NCBI GenBank assembly: GCA_031425655.1
Contig: JANPJS010000066.1
Coordinates: 1 to 64,000 of the forward strand
Reading direction: 5' to 3'
Source: Abditibacteriaceae bacterium
GTDB taxonomy: Bacteria > Armatimonadota > Abditibacteriia > Abditibacteriales > Abditibacteriaceae
Length of the DNA: 64,000 nt
Of the stretch, positions 19,980 through 29,499 are shown piece by piece; position 1 is the stretch's first letter, and each line of letters starts with the position of its first letter. A program made the position numbers and the translations under genes. The notes beneath the pieces are model-generated. The model saw only the letters and a list, made by a program, of their open reading frames with translations. It was not told the DNA's origin and ran no database searches.

Positions 19980-20524
19980 TTTTTGACTTTGCCGCCTAAG
20001 AGAATGCACCACGTCGCCGCGCCGACAATGCCGTCAGATTTCAAGCTGGAATTTGTTTGAAATTCGCGCACGACTTTTTCCGTTCCGAAGCCGAAAACGC
20101 CGTCTACTTTGGTCGGATAAACCGATTCGCCGGATTCCGTAATCATACTGTTCAATATGGCCTGTAACGCCTTCACGGCTTCGCCTTTGTCGCCGCGTTT
20201 GAGGCGCACGATGAGTTTTTCCAAAGTTTGCGGCCCGGCGATGCCATCGGCTTTTAGGCCGCGCTTTTTTTGAAACTGTTTCACGGCAGCTTCGGTTTTC
20301 TTGTGGAAAATGCCATCCGGCTGCACTTTTACTCTGTGATAACGCAACAAGTATTGCAGCGCGGCAAATTCACCGACATAATCGCCGTGCGCCATGCGTT
20401 GGAAGCGCGGCCACTGCAACGCGGTTTTCGGCTGCGTCGCCACCGATTTATGCGGAATTTCGGCAAAAACGGGATTCGCGCATAAAACGCCGGCACAAAG
20501 ACAAACGACGATTTGCAGCTTCAT
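19976..20524 (-). CDS. Secreted peptidoglycan-binding domain protein (two PG_binding_1 repeats)
   Basis: TEAAVKQFQKKRGLKADGIAGPQT and VREFQTNSSLKSDGIVGAATW; signal peptide. Confidence 0.85.
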   Translation of the reverse strand: MKLQIVVCLCAGVLCANPVFAEIPHKSVATQPKTALQWPRFQRMAHGDYVGEFAALQYLLRYHRVKVQPDGIFHKKTEAAVKQFQKKRGLKADGIAGPQTLEKLIVRLKRGDKGEAVKALQAILNSMITESGESVYPTKVDGVFGFGTEKVVREFQTNSSLKSDGIVGAATWCILLGGKVKK

Positions 20525-21747
20525 TTTGCAACCGCCTCATACGCTGCCGAGAGTTTAGCCATCGCTTCATCCACTTCGGTGATAGTGATGTTGAGCGGCG
20601 GCAGAAAACGCAGCGTTTTGTCGCCGATAGCGTTGAAAACCAGACCGTTTTTCAAGCCTTCGAGCATCAGTTCGCGCGCGACAGGCTTATTCAGCACCAC
20701 GCCGACCATTAAACCACAGCCGCGCACTTCGCGCGCCGCGTTGCTGTATTCGGCCCATGCCCACAAACGCGCTTGAAAGTAATCGCCGACGTGCGCCGCA
20801 TTGCTCATCAGGCTTTCATCGAACAGCGTGTCGAGCGTGGCCAAAGCCGCCGCGCACGCTAAAAAGTTGCCGCCAAACGTGCAGCCGTGACTGCCCGGAG
20901 TCAGCGAAGCGGCGATATTTTCATCGGCCAACAACGCGCCAATCGGCACGCCGTTCGCCAAGCCTTTGGCTAAAGTAATCACGTCGCCGCGAACGTGCGA
21001 CCATTCGTGCGCGAAGAATTTTCCCGTCCGGCCCATGCCCGCCTGCACTTCGTCGAAAATCAGCAGTGCGCCGCTTTCGTCGCACAGTTTGCGCGCTAAT
21101 TGCAAATACGTTTCGCTGGTGGGAATCACGCCGCTTTCGCCTTGAATCGGCTCCAGCAATATCGCGGCGGTATTCGCAGTCACGGCGGCGCGCAAGGCGT
21201 TTTCATCGTTAAGCGGCACATGAACGAAACCCTGCGGCATTGGCGCGAAGCCTTCGTGATATTTCGGCTGCCCCGTCGCGGCCAGGCTGCCGTAAGTGCG
21301 CCCGTGAAACGAGTTCTGCGTGGTGATGATTTCCACGCGCGCGGCGCGTCCGTTGTCCTTGTGAAATTTGCGCGTGAGCTTAATCGCCGCTTCGTTGGCT
21401 TCGGTGCCGCTGTTGCAGAAAAACGCGCGTTTACCGCCGCTGATTTCGTGCAATCGCGCCGCGAGTTTCACTTGCGGCTCGATATAAAAATAATTGCCGG
21501 TGTGCAGAATTTGCCCCGCTTGATGCGCGATAGCTTCGGTCACGCGCGGATGAGCGTGCCCCAATGTCGTCACGGCGATGCCCGATAGAAAATCGAGATA
21601 TTCGCGCCCTTCGACATCCCACAACCGCGCGCCTTCGCCGCGCACGAATGCCACAGGAATGCGCGAACCGTAGTTTTGAAACGCACATTCAGCGTCTGTT
21701 TTTTGCAATTCTTCAAACGTCGCGTGTTCGAATGTCGAGGCCGTCAT
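20521..21747 (-). CDS. argD: Acetylornithine aminotransferase
   Basis: NSGTEANEAA, SFHGRT, EPIQGESG, DEVQAG, LAKGL; arg operon context. Confidence 0.92.
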   Translation of the reverse strand: MTASTFEHATFEELQKTDAECAFQNYGSRIPVAFVRGEGARLWDVEGREYLDFLSGIAVTTLGHAHPRVTEAIAHQAGQILHTGNYFYIEPQVKLAARLHEISGGKRAFFCNSGTEANEAAIKLTRKFHKDNGRAARVEIITTQNSFHGRTYGSLAATGQPKYHEGFAPMPQGFVHVPLNDENALRAAVTANTAAILLEPIQGESGVIPTSETYLQLARKLCDESGALLIFDEVQAGMGRTGKFFAHEWSHVRGDVITLAKGLANGVPIGALLADENIAASLTPGSHGCTFGGNFLACAAALATLDTLFDESLMSNAAHVGDYFQARLWAWAEYSNAAREVRGCGLMVGVVLNKPVARELMLEGLKNGLVFNAIGDKTLRFLPPLNITITEVDEAMAKLSAAYEAVAK

Positions 21748-21760
21748 AAATTCGTCCTTC

Positions 21761-21910
21761 AATTTAACGGGAAGTCGGGAAGGGCGGTAAGACGGGAAGT
21801 ATTTTGATGGTTTTCTGGGCAATAATTCGTCTTCAAAAACCACACCTGAATTTTCTTCCCGTCTTACCGCCCTTCCCGTCTTACCGCCCTTCCCGACTTC
21901 CCGTTAAATT
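21761..21910. repeat. Palindromic element with nonamer-based arms
   Basis: aatttaacgggaagtcgggaagggcggtaagacgggaag ... reverse complement. Confidence 0.8.
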
Positions 21911-21915
21911 TCTTT

Positions 21916-22785
21916 CTATTTCGTAATCATCGTGCCGCAGCCGGAGTCGGTGAAAAGCTCCACTAAAATCGCGTGCGGTTCGCGCCCATCCACGATATGC
22001 GCTTTTTGCACGCCGCTCAGCACCGCGTGGACGCAGCAGCGCACTTTGGGAATCATGCCTTTCGATACGATGCCGTCGGCAATGAGCTGGGTGGCTCCCT
22101 CGACGCTCAGTTCCTGAATTAGCGACGATTTATCATCAAAATTGCGATAAATGCCGGCCACATCGGTCAAAAGCAGCAGTTTTACGGCGCCGGTCGCTTC
22201 GGCAATCGCCGCCGCTGCGAGGTCGGCGTTGATGTTATAAGTTTGCCCGTCGGCGCCGGGCGCAACCGGCGTCACGACGGAAACGAAGCCTTCGCGCGAC
22301 AACGTATCGAGCAACTGCGGATTAACTTTTTCGATTTCGCCGACCAAGCCCCAATCGGCTTCGCCTTGAAATTTCACGGCGCTGAATAACCCGCCGTCTT
22401 TGCCCGAAAGCCCAACGGACGGCGCGCCGTGACTGCCCAAAAGCTGCGCGATGCCTTTGCCGATTTGTCCCAGCACCATTTCCGTGACGCGCATCGTGGC
22501 TTCGTCCGTGACGCGCATTCCCTGCACGAACTGCGGCTCGATGCCCAATTGTTTGCACATCGCCGAAATTTCCGGCCCGCCGCCATGCACCACGATGACT
22601 TTCACGCCGACGTAATGCAAAAGCGCGATGTCGCCCATCACGGCGGCTTTGAGATGCTCTTCGGTCATCGCGGCGCCGCCGTATTTTATTACGACGGTTT
22701 GGCCGCTCAAGCGCCGAATATAAGGCAGCGCTTCGGAAATAATCTGCGCGCGCCTCGCCGCGCCGTTAGGGATCTGATCGCTCAT
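21916..22785 (-). CDS. argB: Acetylglutamate kinase
   Basis: VIKYGGAAM, VHGGGPEI, YNINAD, GMIPKV. Confidence 0.95.
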   Translation of the reverse strand: MSDQIPNGAARRAQIISEALPYIRRLSGQTVVIKYGGAAMTEEHLKAAVMGDIALLHYVGVKVIVVHGGGPEISAMCKQLGIEPQFVQGMRVTDEATMRVTEMVLGQIGKGIAQLLGSHGAPSVGLSGKDGGLFSAVKFQGEADWGLVGEIEKVNPQLLDTLSREGFVSVVTPVAPGADGQTYNINADLAAAAIAEATGAVKLLLLTDVAGIYRNFDDKSSLIQELSVEGATQLIADGIVSKGMIPKVRCCVHAVLSGVQKAHIVDGREPHAILVELFTDSGCGTMITK

Positions 22786-22828
22786 TTTTTGCCGTAAACC
22801 CGCAGTATAACGGTTGAGGCATAGCGAT

Positions 22829-23677
22829 TCAATCGTAACGCGGTGCCGCATAATGCACGCCGTTGGCTTTGCACCACGCGCGCAGCGGCGTAGCGATGCC
22901 GCCGGGGACGAAACGGCCATCGGGGTCTTTGAGGCCGCCCAAAAGCTGTTTGCCGATGTCGTCGGTTTTATCCAGCAATTGCGGCGATTGCGTGACGTAA
23001 TCGAACTCTTTGAGCCACAAATAGCCGTAGCCGAACATGACCATTTTTGCCACGCGATTCGTAAGATTGGCGCTGCCGGCGTGCCAGGTGCGATTCTCGA
23101 AAAACACCGCATCGCCGGCACGCAAAAGCGGCTCGACCGCGCCTTCGGGGTCGCTTTGGCCCTCGGAAATAGCAATGCGCTCTTTCAATTGGTTGCTGCC
23201 CGGCGCGAACATCGTGACGCCCGAACTCGGCGCGCTGAGATCGGTGAGATAAAAGGCGCACTTCATTTCCATGCGCGGCACATTCGCGTGGCCCAAATCT
23301 TCGGGCGTTCCGGCAATGTCGCGGTGCCAATTCGGTTGACGCATGGTGCGCGGCGTGCCTTCGGGATTCGGCATTTTATAAATGAGATGGCTCGTCACCA
23401 GATGCAAATTCGGGCCGAGCAACTGTGCGATGAGAGGCATAGTTTTCGGATGCGTCAAAAGCGGCAAAAACGCTTCGTCCATGCCGATGCAGTTGCGAAA
23501 TCCGTCGTAAGTGCCGCTCATTTTCTGGCGATTTTCAGTCGCGTCGGAAGCGATTAAACGGTCGCCGGCAGCGATCAGATGCGCGATTTCATCGCTGTTC
23601 AACGCGCCGCGCACGATGAGATAACCTTGTTCGTCGAATTGGCGCTTTTGCTCGGCGCCTAACGGTGTAAATTCCAT
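22829..23677 (-). CDS. Phytanoyl-CoA dioxygenase family (Fe/2OG) protein
   Basis: FDEQGYLIV, WHRD, GDAVFF...WHAG..N. Confidence 0.85.
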   Translation of the reverse strand: MEFTPLGAEQKRQFDEQGYLIVRGALNSDEIAHLIAAGDRLIASDATENRQKMSGTYDGFRNCIGMDEAFLPLLTHPKTMPLIAQLLGPNLHLVTSHLIYKMPNPEGTPRTMRQPNWHRDIAGTPEDLGHANVPRMEMKCAFYLTDLSAPSSGVTMFAPGSNQLKERIAISEGQSDPEGAVEPLLRAGDAVFFENRTWHAGSANLTNRVAKMVMFGYGYLWLKEFDYVTQSPQLLDKTDDIGKQLLGGLKDPDGRFVPGGIATPLRAWCKANGVHYAAPRYD

Positions 23678-23678
23678 T

Positions 23679-24233
23679 TCAGCCTTTGAGTTGCTTGCCC
23701 TTCAATTTGAATCGCTCGTCGAATTTGCCGCCGCTGTGCGTTTTGCAGCAGCGTCCGCAGGCCACGGCGCGGCCATAACGACGGCGACGCGCGAATTCGT
23801 GACCACAATGCGCGCAGACGTAAATCCAGCCGCGTTTGGGTGCCGGCAGCGCAATCGCGTGGCGCGTTTTCGGCTGCCCGATGGCACGGGCTTTGGCGCG
23901 AAATTCCGCCGTATGGCCGCTGGGTTTTCCCCGCTCGTGCAGCCACAAATGAATCATTTCGTGCTTGAGAATTTCGCGCAGCGCCGTTTCGTAAGAATCG
24001 CATTCCACGCCGCAAATTGGAAACGTCGGGCCGAACAGCGAGGCGCCTTGAAACGATTCGATGAGCAGAGGCACCGATAATTTTATGATTTTGCGCCGCA
24101 CGTCAATGTTGCCCGCCGCGCGCGTCAGACGACGGCTCCAAATCAGGCGACAGGGCGGCAAAATGGCCTCAAAATATTCACGATTGAGTTCTTCATAAAG
24201 CGCGGCTAACGACGCGCCATCCGTCAAAGTCAT
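23679..24233 (-). CDS. SprT-like zinc metalloprotease
   Basis: LNREYF, HEMIH, GHTAEF, C-terminal CxxC pairs. Confidence 0.85.
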   Translation of the reverse strand: MTLTDGASLAALYEELNREYFEAILPPCRLIWSRRLTRAAGNIDVRRKIIKLSVPLLIESFQGASLFGPTFPICGVECDSYETALREILKHEMIHLWLHERGKPSGHTAEFRAKARAIGQPKTRHAIALPAPKRGWIYVCAHCGHEFARRRRYGRAVACGRCCKTHSGGKFDERFKLKGKQLKG

Positions 24234-24309
24234 GGTTGGCAGTCTAAAGAGAATCCGAAAATCACGCGAGGCAGGGTTATTTAACCAATGGTGGGGGTTT
24301 GGCATTAGG

Positions 24310-24471
24310 CCGGTTAAAACCGACCTCTGGAGGAACAAAGCCCGCCTGCGCGGGCTGCGCCGGAGTCAAAAACCACATTCAAAAACCACAGGGTTTTCAG
24401 TCGCTTTGCATTCCGCGCCGGGTGCCCTTTGGGCGGGTGACTTGGCTTGTGCAGACTCCGGTTTTAACCGG
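24310..24471. repeat. REP-like element with terminal inverted repeats
   Basis: ccggttaaaaccg ... cggttttaaccgg with internal agcccgc-ctgc-gcgggct hairpin. Confidence 0.6.
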
Positions 24472-24498
24472 AGCTGTCAAATCCCCACCATTGGTTAT

Positions 24499-26010
24499 TT
24501 ATTTCGCGGGCGAGGCTAAATAGCGGCTGAGCAGCTCGACGTTGCGAATAAACGTCGCACTGCGAATAATCGGCACCGAAGGGTCTTTGGGACGATGAAA
24601 ACGCAAGCCTCCGCCTTCAATCCAGCGACCGCGCGCGTCCTGCGCGGCGATGACGCTTTGCACTTGCGCCGGCGTAACGATTTGAATTTTGGGCGCAACA
24701 CCGCGCTCAATTTTCAACTCGTCGCCCGTTAATTTCGCCAGACGCGCGTATTCGCGGGCGATGCTTTCGGAGTTGTCGGCGATTTTAAAAGCATAATGAG
24801 TCGGCACGTCGCCATCGCTGTAAGTCAGAAGATAATCGCGCGTAAAATAAAGCGGCTTGTTAGTGCCAAGTTCGTAAAAACGCGCCAATTGGCCGTCCGG
24901 CAACCGCGAACGACGCAGATATTCCAAAGCACGCGGGATGGGCGCCAGATATTTGCGCTCGCCGCTTTCGAGATAAAGTCGCAGCAGCACTTTGAGCGCG
25001 CCCTGCGACTCGGCGGAGGTAATCGCGGGCGGCTCGAATTTGCGCGCCCACGCCGGGTGCATTTCAAAATCGTATTGCTGCGCCCACGCCGGTTGCGGCT
25101 CCGGCATTTGCGCCAGAATCAGAAAATCGCCGGCTTTTTGGGCAGCGGCGCGGCATTGCTGGGCTAAAGCGTTCAATTCGGCACCGGCTTGGGCCTCGCT
25201 GCCGAGTTTCGCCGCTTCCAACATCGTCGAAATCAGATTCGCCAGCACGTTGTCGTTGAGCGTATAGCGAAACCAGTATTGTTGGCTGCCCGGCCAAACG
25301 CGCGGCCACGTTGCCGGAAAAGCCGCCGCTTTAACGGGAAAGGCCTGCGCGTCGGGAAACTGCTCGTAGCCCTGTGGCCACGCGCCATTGGGATATTGCG
25401 CCTTGAGCGTCGCCGCGAGGCCATAAATCAGCGCCTCGTGGATTTTCGCGTCCTGAAATTTCAAGGCTTTGTCGGCGCGCAATAGGAAGCGCAGAGCCGC
25501 CGTCGTGGTGTCATCGTCGAAAGTCGTGATATTGCGCCCGGTCTTTTTGCCATCAATGCGATAGGCGATTTTCCGGCGCTCTGCCGGCGCGAAATTAACC
25601 GCGTAATGCCAACCGCCCGACAAAAGTTGGCCGCGAATCAAACCGTGAGCCGTTTCGCGCGCGGCGTCCAGATATTCGACATCGCCGGTCGCTTCATAAG
25701 CACTTATCAGCGCCATACCCACGGCGGGCGTGCCCGGCGGCTGAACCCAGCCTTGAGTGGCGGTGGCCACGCCTTCACCTTCGCGCCGGGTTAAATCGGC
25801 GCTGTATTCCCATAAATAAGTGCCCTCGACGGCGACTTCACGACGAAAAAACATTGCGCCGCGATGCAGAGTTTCGCGCGCCTTTTGACGCAGCGCCGCA
25901 TCGTCGGCTGGCGATGGATTCACTTCAGCGCAAAACGACGGCGCAGCCAGCCCGAACAAAGCGAAGCCCACGAAGAACGAACACAAGAACGAAGAATGGA
26001 AGCGAAGCAT
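24499..26010 (-). CDS. Secreted pectate lyase (PL10/PelA-like)
   Basis: TFDDDTT, AQYPNGAWPQ, TLNDN, WAQQY, ARKFEP. Confidence 0.8.
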   Translation of the reverse strand: MLRFHSSFLCSFFVGFALFGLAAPSFCAEVNPSPADDAALRQKARETLHRGAMFFRREVAVEGTYLWEYSADLTRREGEGVATATQGWVQPPGTPAVGMALISAYEATGDVEYLDAARETAHGLIRGQLLSGGWHYAVNFAPAERRKIAYRIDGKKTGRNITTFDDDTTTAALRFLLRADKALKFQDAKIHEALIYGLAATLKAQYPNGAWPQGYEQFPDAQAFPVKAAAFPATWPRVWPGSQQYWFRYTLNDNVLANLISTMLEAAKLGSEAQAGAELNALAQQCRAAAQKAGDFLILAQMPEPQPAWAQQYDFEMHPAWARKFEPPAITSAESQGALKVLLRLYLESGERKYLAPIPRALEYLRRSRLPDGQLARFYELGTNKPLYFTRDYLLTYSDGDVPTHYAFKIADNSESIAREYARLAKLTGDELKIERGVAPKIQIVTPAQVQSVIAAQDARGRWIEGGGLRFHRPKDPSVPIIRSATFIRNVELLSRYLASPAK

Positions 26011-26082
26011 CGCGCTTACGACTCTAACAAGGCTTTGAGAGTTGCGCGCCTGTGTTTACTCTTGACTGCCAAAAAACAGACA

Positions 26083-26123
26083 AAAAAGCACCGCGCTCGA
26101 AAATTTCGAGCGCGGTGCTTTTT
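26083..26123. terminator. Intrinsic terminator
   Basis: aaaaagcaccgcgctcgaaa-a-tttcgagcgcggtgcttttt. Confidence 0.7.
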
Positions 26124-26138
26124 GCACAACCCGGAGAT

Positions 26139-26573
26139 TTAATCTACGCGCTTACCGGTGTTGTCGTCGTGTTTGTCGCCGGTGACGACATCAGCGGCCT
26201 TTTCGGTGATGCCGCGCGTGTCGGGCGTGCCGTCGAGGGCGTGGCCGCCGGTCTGCACGCCGGGAATGCGATTGCCCGGCAGATCGGCATCCACATCGGC
26301 CACATTGCGCGATACATCGGGAGTCGCGTCGTCGCCCAAGCCGGTGATGGTGTTGTCGTTGTCCACTTTGTCAACGGCACCCACTGCCACACCACTGGCG
26401 CCCGCACCGGCCAATCCGCCGGCCACCGCGCCGATAACTGCGCCAACCGGCCCAGCCGCCGCGCCGGCTACCGCTCCGACTGCCGCGCCGCCGAGTCCAC
26501 CGAGCGCCGCACCTTTTTCCGCATCATTGTGCGGATTGTCGTCAATACCATGTTGCACGTTGTCGTCAGCCAT
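26139..26573 (-). CDS. Glycine-zipper small protein
   Basis: GAALGGLGGAAVGAVAG repeat; AAGGAG RBS. Confidence 0.75.
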   Translation of the reverse strand: MADDNVQHGIDDNPHNDAEKGAALGGLGGAAVGAVAGAAAGPVGAVIGAVAGGLAGAGASGVAVGAVDKVDNDNTITGLGDDATPDVSRNVADVDADLPGNRIPGVQTGGHALDGTPDTRGITEKAADVVTGDKHDDNTGKRVD

Positions 26574-26701
26574 TTGAAAACACTCCTTAAAATTGGGGTG
26601 TTGGCCTTTTTAGCAGAAAGAATGCCAAACGCTTCGCAAGCGTATTAAATTTGTGTGCAGTTTTCGCGTGGCATTGCTGAGGCTTTAAAATCGGCGTCTG
26701 G

Positions 26702-26730
26702 TTGACGCGCGGCGGGCACGCTGCTAATAT
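26702..26730 (+). promoter_or_regulatory. Sigma70-type promoter of rplU-rpmA
   Basis: TTGACG-17-TAATAT with extended TG. Confidence 0.6.
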
Positions 26731-26770
26731 TTGTAGGGCGTTTTAGACAGGACAGTTTTAAGGAACAACG

Positions 26771-27082
26771 ATGTTCGCAGTTATTAGAGTTAATGGAAAG
26801 CAGTATCGCGTAGAGAGCGGCTCGCAGATTTTGGTGGATCAACTTTCCGCCGAACCGGGTTCGTCCCTTGAAGGCGTCGAAGTTTTGATGTTGTCCGATG
26901 GCGACAACGTGCAGGTCGGCGCGCCAACCGTGGCGGGCGCTGCTGTCGCGGCAACCGTCGTGCGTCACGCCAAAGGCCCCAAAATTCGCGTTTTCAAATA
27001 CAAAGCGAAAAAGAACTATCGCCGCCGCATCGGTGCCCGCGCGCACCAAACGCTGCTGCGTATCGAAAGCATCACGGCCTGA
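26771..27082 (+). CDS. rplU: 50S ribosomal protein L21
   Basis: MFAVIRVNGKQYRV, VFKYKAKKNYRRRIG. Confidence 0.97.
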   Translation: MFAVIRVNGKQYRVESGSQILVDQLSAEPGSSLEGVEVLMLSDGDNVQVGAPTVAGAAVAATVVRHAKGPKIRVFKYKAKKNYRRRIGARAHQTLLRIESITA

Positions 27083-27085
27083 GGA

Positions 27086-27154
27086 AGTTTTGAGTTTTGA
27101 GTTTTAAGTTTTTTGGTCAATCAACTCAAAACGCAAAACTCAAAACTCAAAACT
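27086..27154. repeat. Inverted heptamer repeat (agttttg)n/(caaaact)n
   Basis: Seen directly between rplU and rpmA. Confidence 0.8.
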
Positions 27155-27176
27155 CTTCACCCGCAGGGAGAAGACA

Positions 27177-27446
27177 AAGGCACATAAAAAAGGCATGTGG
27201 TCATCGCGCAACGGGCGCGATTCCAACTCTCAACGTTTGGGCATCAAGCGTTTTGGCGGCGAAACCGTCAGCGCCGGTTCGATTTTGGTGCGCCAACGCG
27301 GCACGCTTTATTATCCGGGCGTCAACGTCGGCATCGGCAGCGATGACACGCTCTTCGCCAAAGCCGACGGCGTCGTGAAGTTCGAACCGGCCCGCCGCGC
27401 CAAGCGCCGAGACGCCAAGCAAATTTCGATTTACACCACAGAGTAA
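27177..27446 (+). CDS. rpmA: 50S ribosomal protein L27 (expected start codon reads AAG)
   Basis: [38 protein letters not shown] 6 nt upstream of AAG. Confidence 0.9.
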   Translation, partial: KAHKKGMWSSRNGRDSNSQRLGIKRFGGETVSAGSILVRQRGTLYYPGVNVGIGSDDTLFAKADGVVKFEPARRAKRRDAKQISIYTTE

Positions 27447-27464
27447 ATCGAATTCGCCTCAATC

Positions 27465-27500
27465 AAAGGCGCCGGTTTCCAATTGGAAACCGGCGCCTTT
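27465..27500. terminator. Bidirectional terminator
   Basis: aaaggcgccggtttcc-aatt-ggaaaccggcgccttt. Confidence 0.75.
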
Positions 27501-27531
27501 TGTCGTGAAATGCGACTTAACACGCTAACGC

Positions 27532-27726
27532 TTAATTGCGCGCGATGAAAATTAGCCCTACGACCGCGATAACGAACATCAGCAGCACCATCGCCACCAC
27601 GATTTTTAAAATTCGCGTGCCTTCGGCGTCGTCGCTGTTGACAATCGGCGCGCCATCCGCTTCGACTGCGTTTTGCGCGGTTTCCGTGTGGCGGCGTTCT
27701 AATGGGTTCTGGGAAGGTTCGGGCAT
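27532..27726 (-). CDS. Small membrane protein
   Basis: C-terminal TM helix; operonic spacing. Confidence 0.55.
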   Translation of the reverse strand: MPEPSQNPLERRHTETAQNAVEADGAPIVNSDDAEGTRILKIVVAMVLLMFVIAVVGLIFIARN

Positions 27727-27730
27727 AGAA

Positions 27731-28048
27731 TTAAACGCTCACGCTTCCCGCAGAAAATTCTTTGGCCCACAGTTCGACGATTTCGGCAACGGAATAAGCG
27801 TTCGGGTTGATGCGTAATTTCCAAAGATGGCCGGTATCGGCGTCGGAATCGGCGTCGGAATCGGCGTCGGGAGCTAACAATTCGTAAAGCTCCGGCAAAT
27901 CGGGGTTGCACAGCGCCAGGGATTCGCGCGCCGGCAGCGAAAGCTGGTGCAACTCGACATCGGCGGTCACGATGGCCGGGAAAAGCTGAGCGCGCTGCAC
28001 GAATTCCGCGCGCCGCAAATCGTAGTCAATGGCATAGCGAATCTGCAT
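27731..28048 (-). CDS. Hypothetical protein
   Basis: Tightly packed with neighbours; DADS repeat. Confidence 0.55.
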   Translation of the reverse strand: MQIRYAIDYDLRRAEFVQRAQLFPAIVTADVELHQLSLPARESLALCNPDLPELYELLAPDADSDADSDADTGHLWKLRINPNAYSVAEIVELWAKEFSAGSVSV

Positions 28049-28050
28049 GA

Positions 28051-28344
28051 TTACTGGGCCTTGCCCGCATCGCCGGACGCAGCGCCGCTTGAACTCGACG
28101 GCCCTACACTACCCGTTCCGGTGCCCGCTTCGCCGACCCTTTTATCCAAGTTGAGGAAGATTTTGCCGTCTGCGAGGCTTTGGGACACCAGTTCAAAGAC
28201 TTTGCGCGCTTCGGCTTCGTTGGCGCGATGCGCCAGAGGGCGCGTCTGCTGGCTGATATGCGCTTCGACTGTGCCGCCGCTAAGCGTCACTTCGCTAACC
28301 TGATCCAAGTTCACTAACACTCCGAATTCACTTCGCACCCACAT
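28051..28344 (-). CDS. Hypothetical protein
   Basis: AAGGAG RBS; first gene of a three-gene operon. Confidence 0.6.
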   Translation of the reverse strand: MWVRSEFGVLVNLDQVSEVTLSGGTVEAHISQQTRPLAHRANEAEARKVFELVSQSLADGKIFLNLDKRVGEAGTGTGSVGPSSSSGAASGDAGKAQ

Positions 28345-28436
28345 AAAAGCTCCTTTTACGCAATCGCGGTTTGTTAAGGCAAATTATACCGTTGCGGCGC
28401 GCCTCCAACCTCACAATTTGCCAAACTGGGCTTTCC

Positions 28437-29075
28437 ATGACTAACACTTCTCGCTTACTTTTCGTCGGCAACAGCTATACCTTTCGCAACGATTTGCCGG
28501 GTCTCATCGCGCAAATGGCGCCGATGCCGCTGGAATCGAGCAGCATCGTCGCGGGCGGCGCCAGTTTGCGCCGCCACATCAACAGCGGCGAAGTCGCGGC
28601 GGCGCTTGGCGATTCTCGCTGGGATTTCGTGGTTTTGCAGGAGCAAAGCACGCTGCCACTGAAAAACGCCGCGCGTTTCGGCGCGGGCGTGCGCGAATTA
28701 GACGCGATAATTCGCGCGCACGGCGCCAAAACCGCGCTTTACCAAACGTGGGCGCGACAAAACGCGCCCGACACGCAAGACGCGCTCAGCGCCGAATATG
28801 CGAATTTGGCGCGGGAACTGGGCGCACTGCTGGTTCCCGTCGGCGCGGCGTGGCAAAACGTGCTGCGAAACGCGCCGAATACGCCACTTTTCGACGCCGA
28901 CGGCAGCCATCCTTCGCCGCTGGGCAGTTACTTGGCGGCGTGCGTTTTCACGGCGGCGCTGTGGCAGCGCAATCCGCTCGGCCTCGCCCTGCCCGACGGC
29001 GTGACCATTTCTAACGAACACGCCGCGCTGCTACAAAACGCGGCGTGGCAGGCCGTGCAACAACTTGAAATTTGA
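28437..29075 (+). CDS. SGNH/GDSL hydrolase family protein
   Basis: LFVGNSYT, WDFVVLQEQS, DGSHPS. Confidence 0.85.
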   Translation: MTNTSRLLFVGNSYTFRNDLPGLIAQMAPMPLESSSIVAGGASLRRHINSGEVAAALGDSRWDFVVLQEQSTLPLKNAARFGAGVRELDAIIRAHGAKTALYQTWARQNAPDTQDALSAEYANLARELGALLVPVGAAWQNVLRNAPNTPLFDADGSHPSPLGSYLAACVFTAALWQRNPLGLALPDGVTISNEHAALLQNAAWQAVQQLEI

Positions 29076-29084
29076 GGTGAAACA

Positions 29085-29435
29085 GTGGCTCGCTACTGGA
29101 AAGAATTGGCGCAAAACCGCAGTGATAACTTGCATTCGGAGTGGAATTACTTTGTCCACGTCTGCTCGTTCACATTCTGCTTTTCTTCGCTGCCGCAGAT
29201 CGAAGAGTATCACGCGTATTTTTCGCAGAAAATGCATTCGAGTTCGAGTGACATCTACAGTCGCCCAAAATGGGATTATGTGAAAGGGCGTCAAGAAAAA
29301 TTTGAATTCGCCGACAGTCATCACTACGAGCGCCAATCAGAATTCGACAAGCTGCCGCTTTATCTTTTTGAAGAGCCAAAGCGACAAAAAGTCGTGAAGG
29401 CGCTGGAACGTGCGATTCGTGAATTCTCCAAGTAA
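29085..29435 (+). CDS. Hypothetical protein
   Basis: GTG start after GAGGTG; AT-richer than neighbours. Confidence 0.55.
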   Translation: MARYWKELAQNRSDNLHSEWNYFVHVCSFTFCFSSLPQIEEYHAYFSQKMHSSSSDIYSRPKWDYVKGRQEKFEFADSHHYERQSEFDKLPLYLFEEPKRQKVVKALERAIREFSK

Positions 29436-29499
29436 AACCTGTGCCTTTAGCGAAGAAAACTGCTGCCCGGCGGACGTGTAAAAGGTATAATGCCCGCCA

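Noticed and set aside
22786..23175. Long N-terminal extension of ArgB in the ORF track
   Set aside because: Overlaps the PhyH gene; the true start is ATG 22785.
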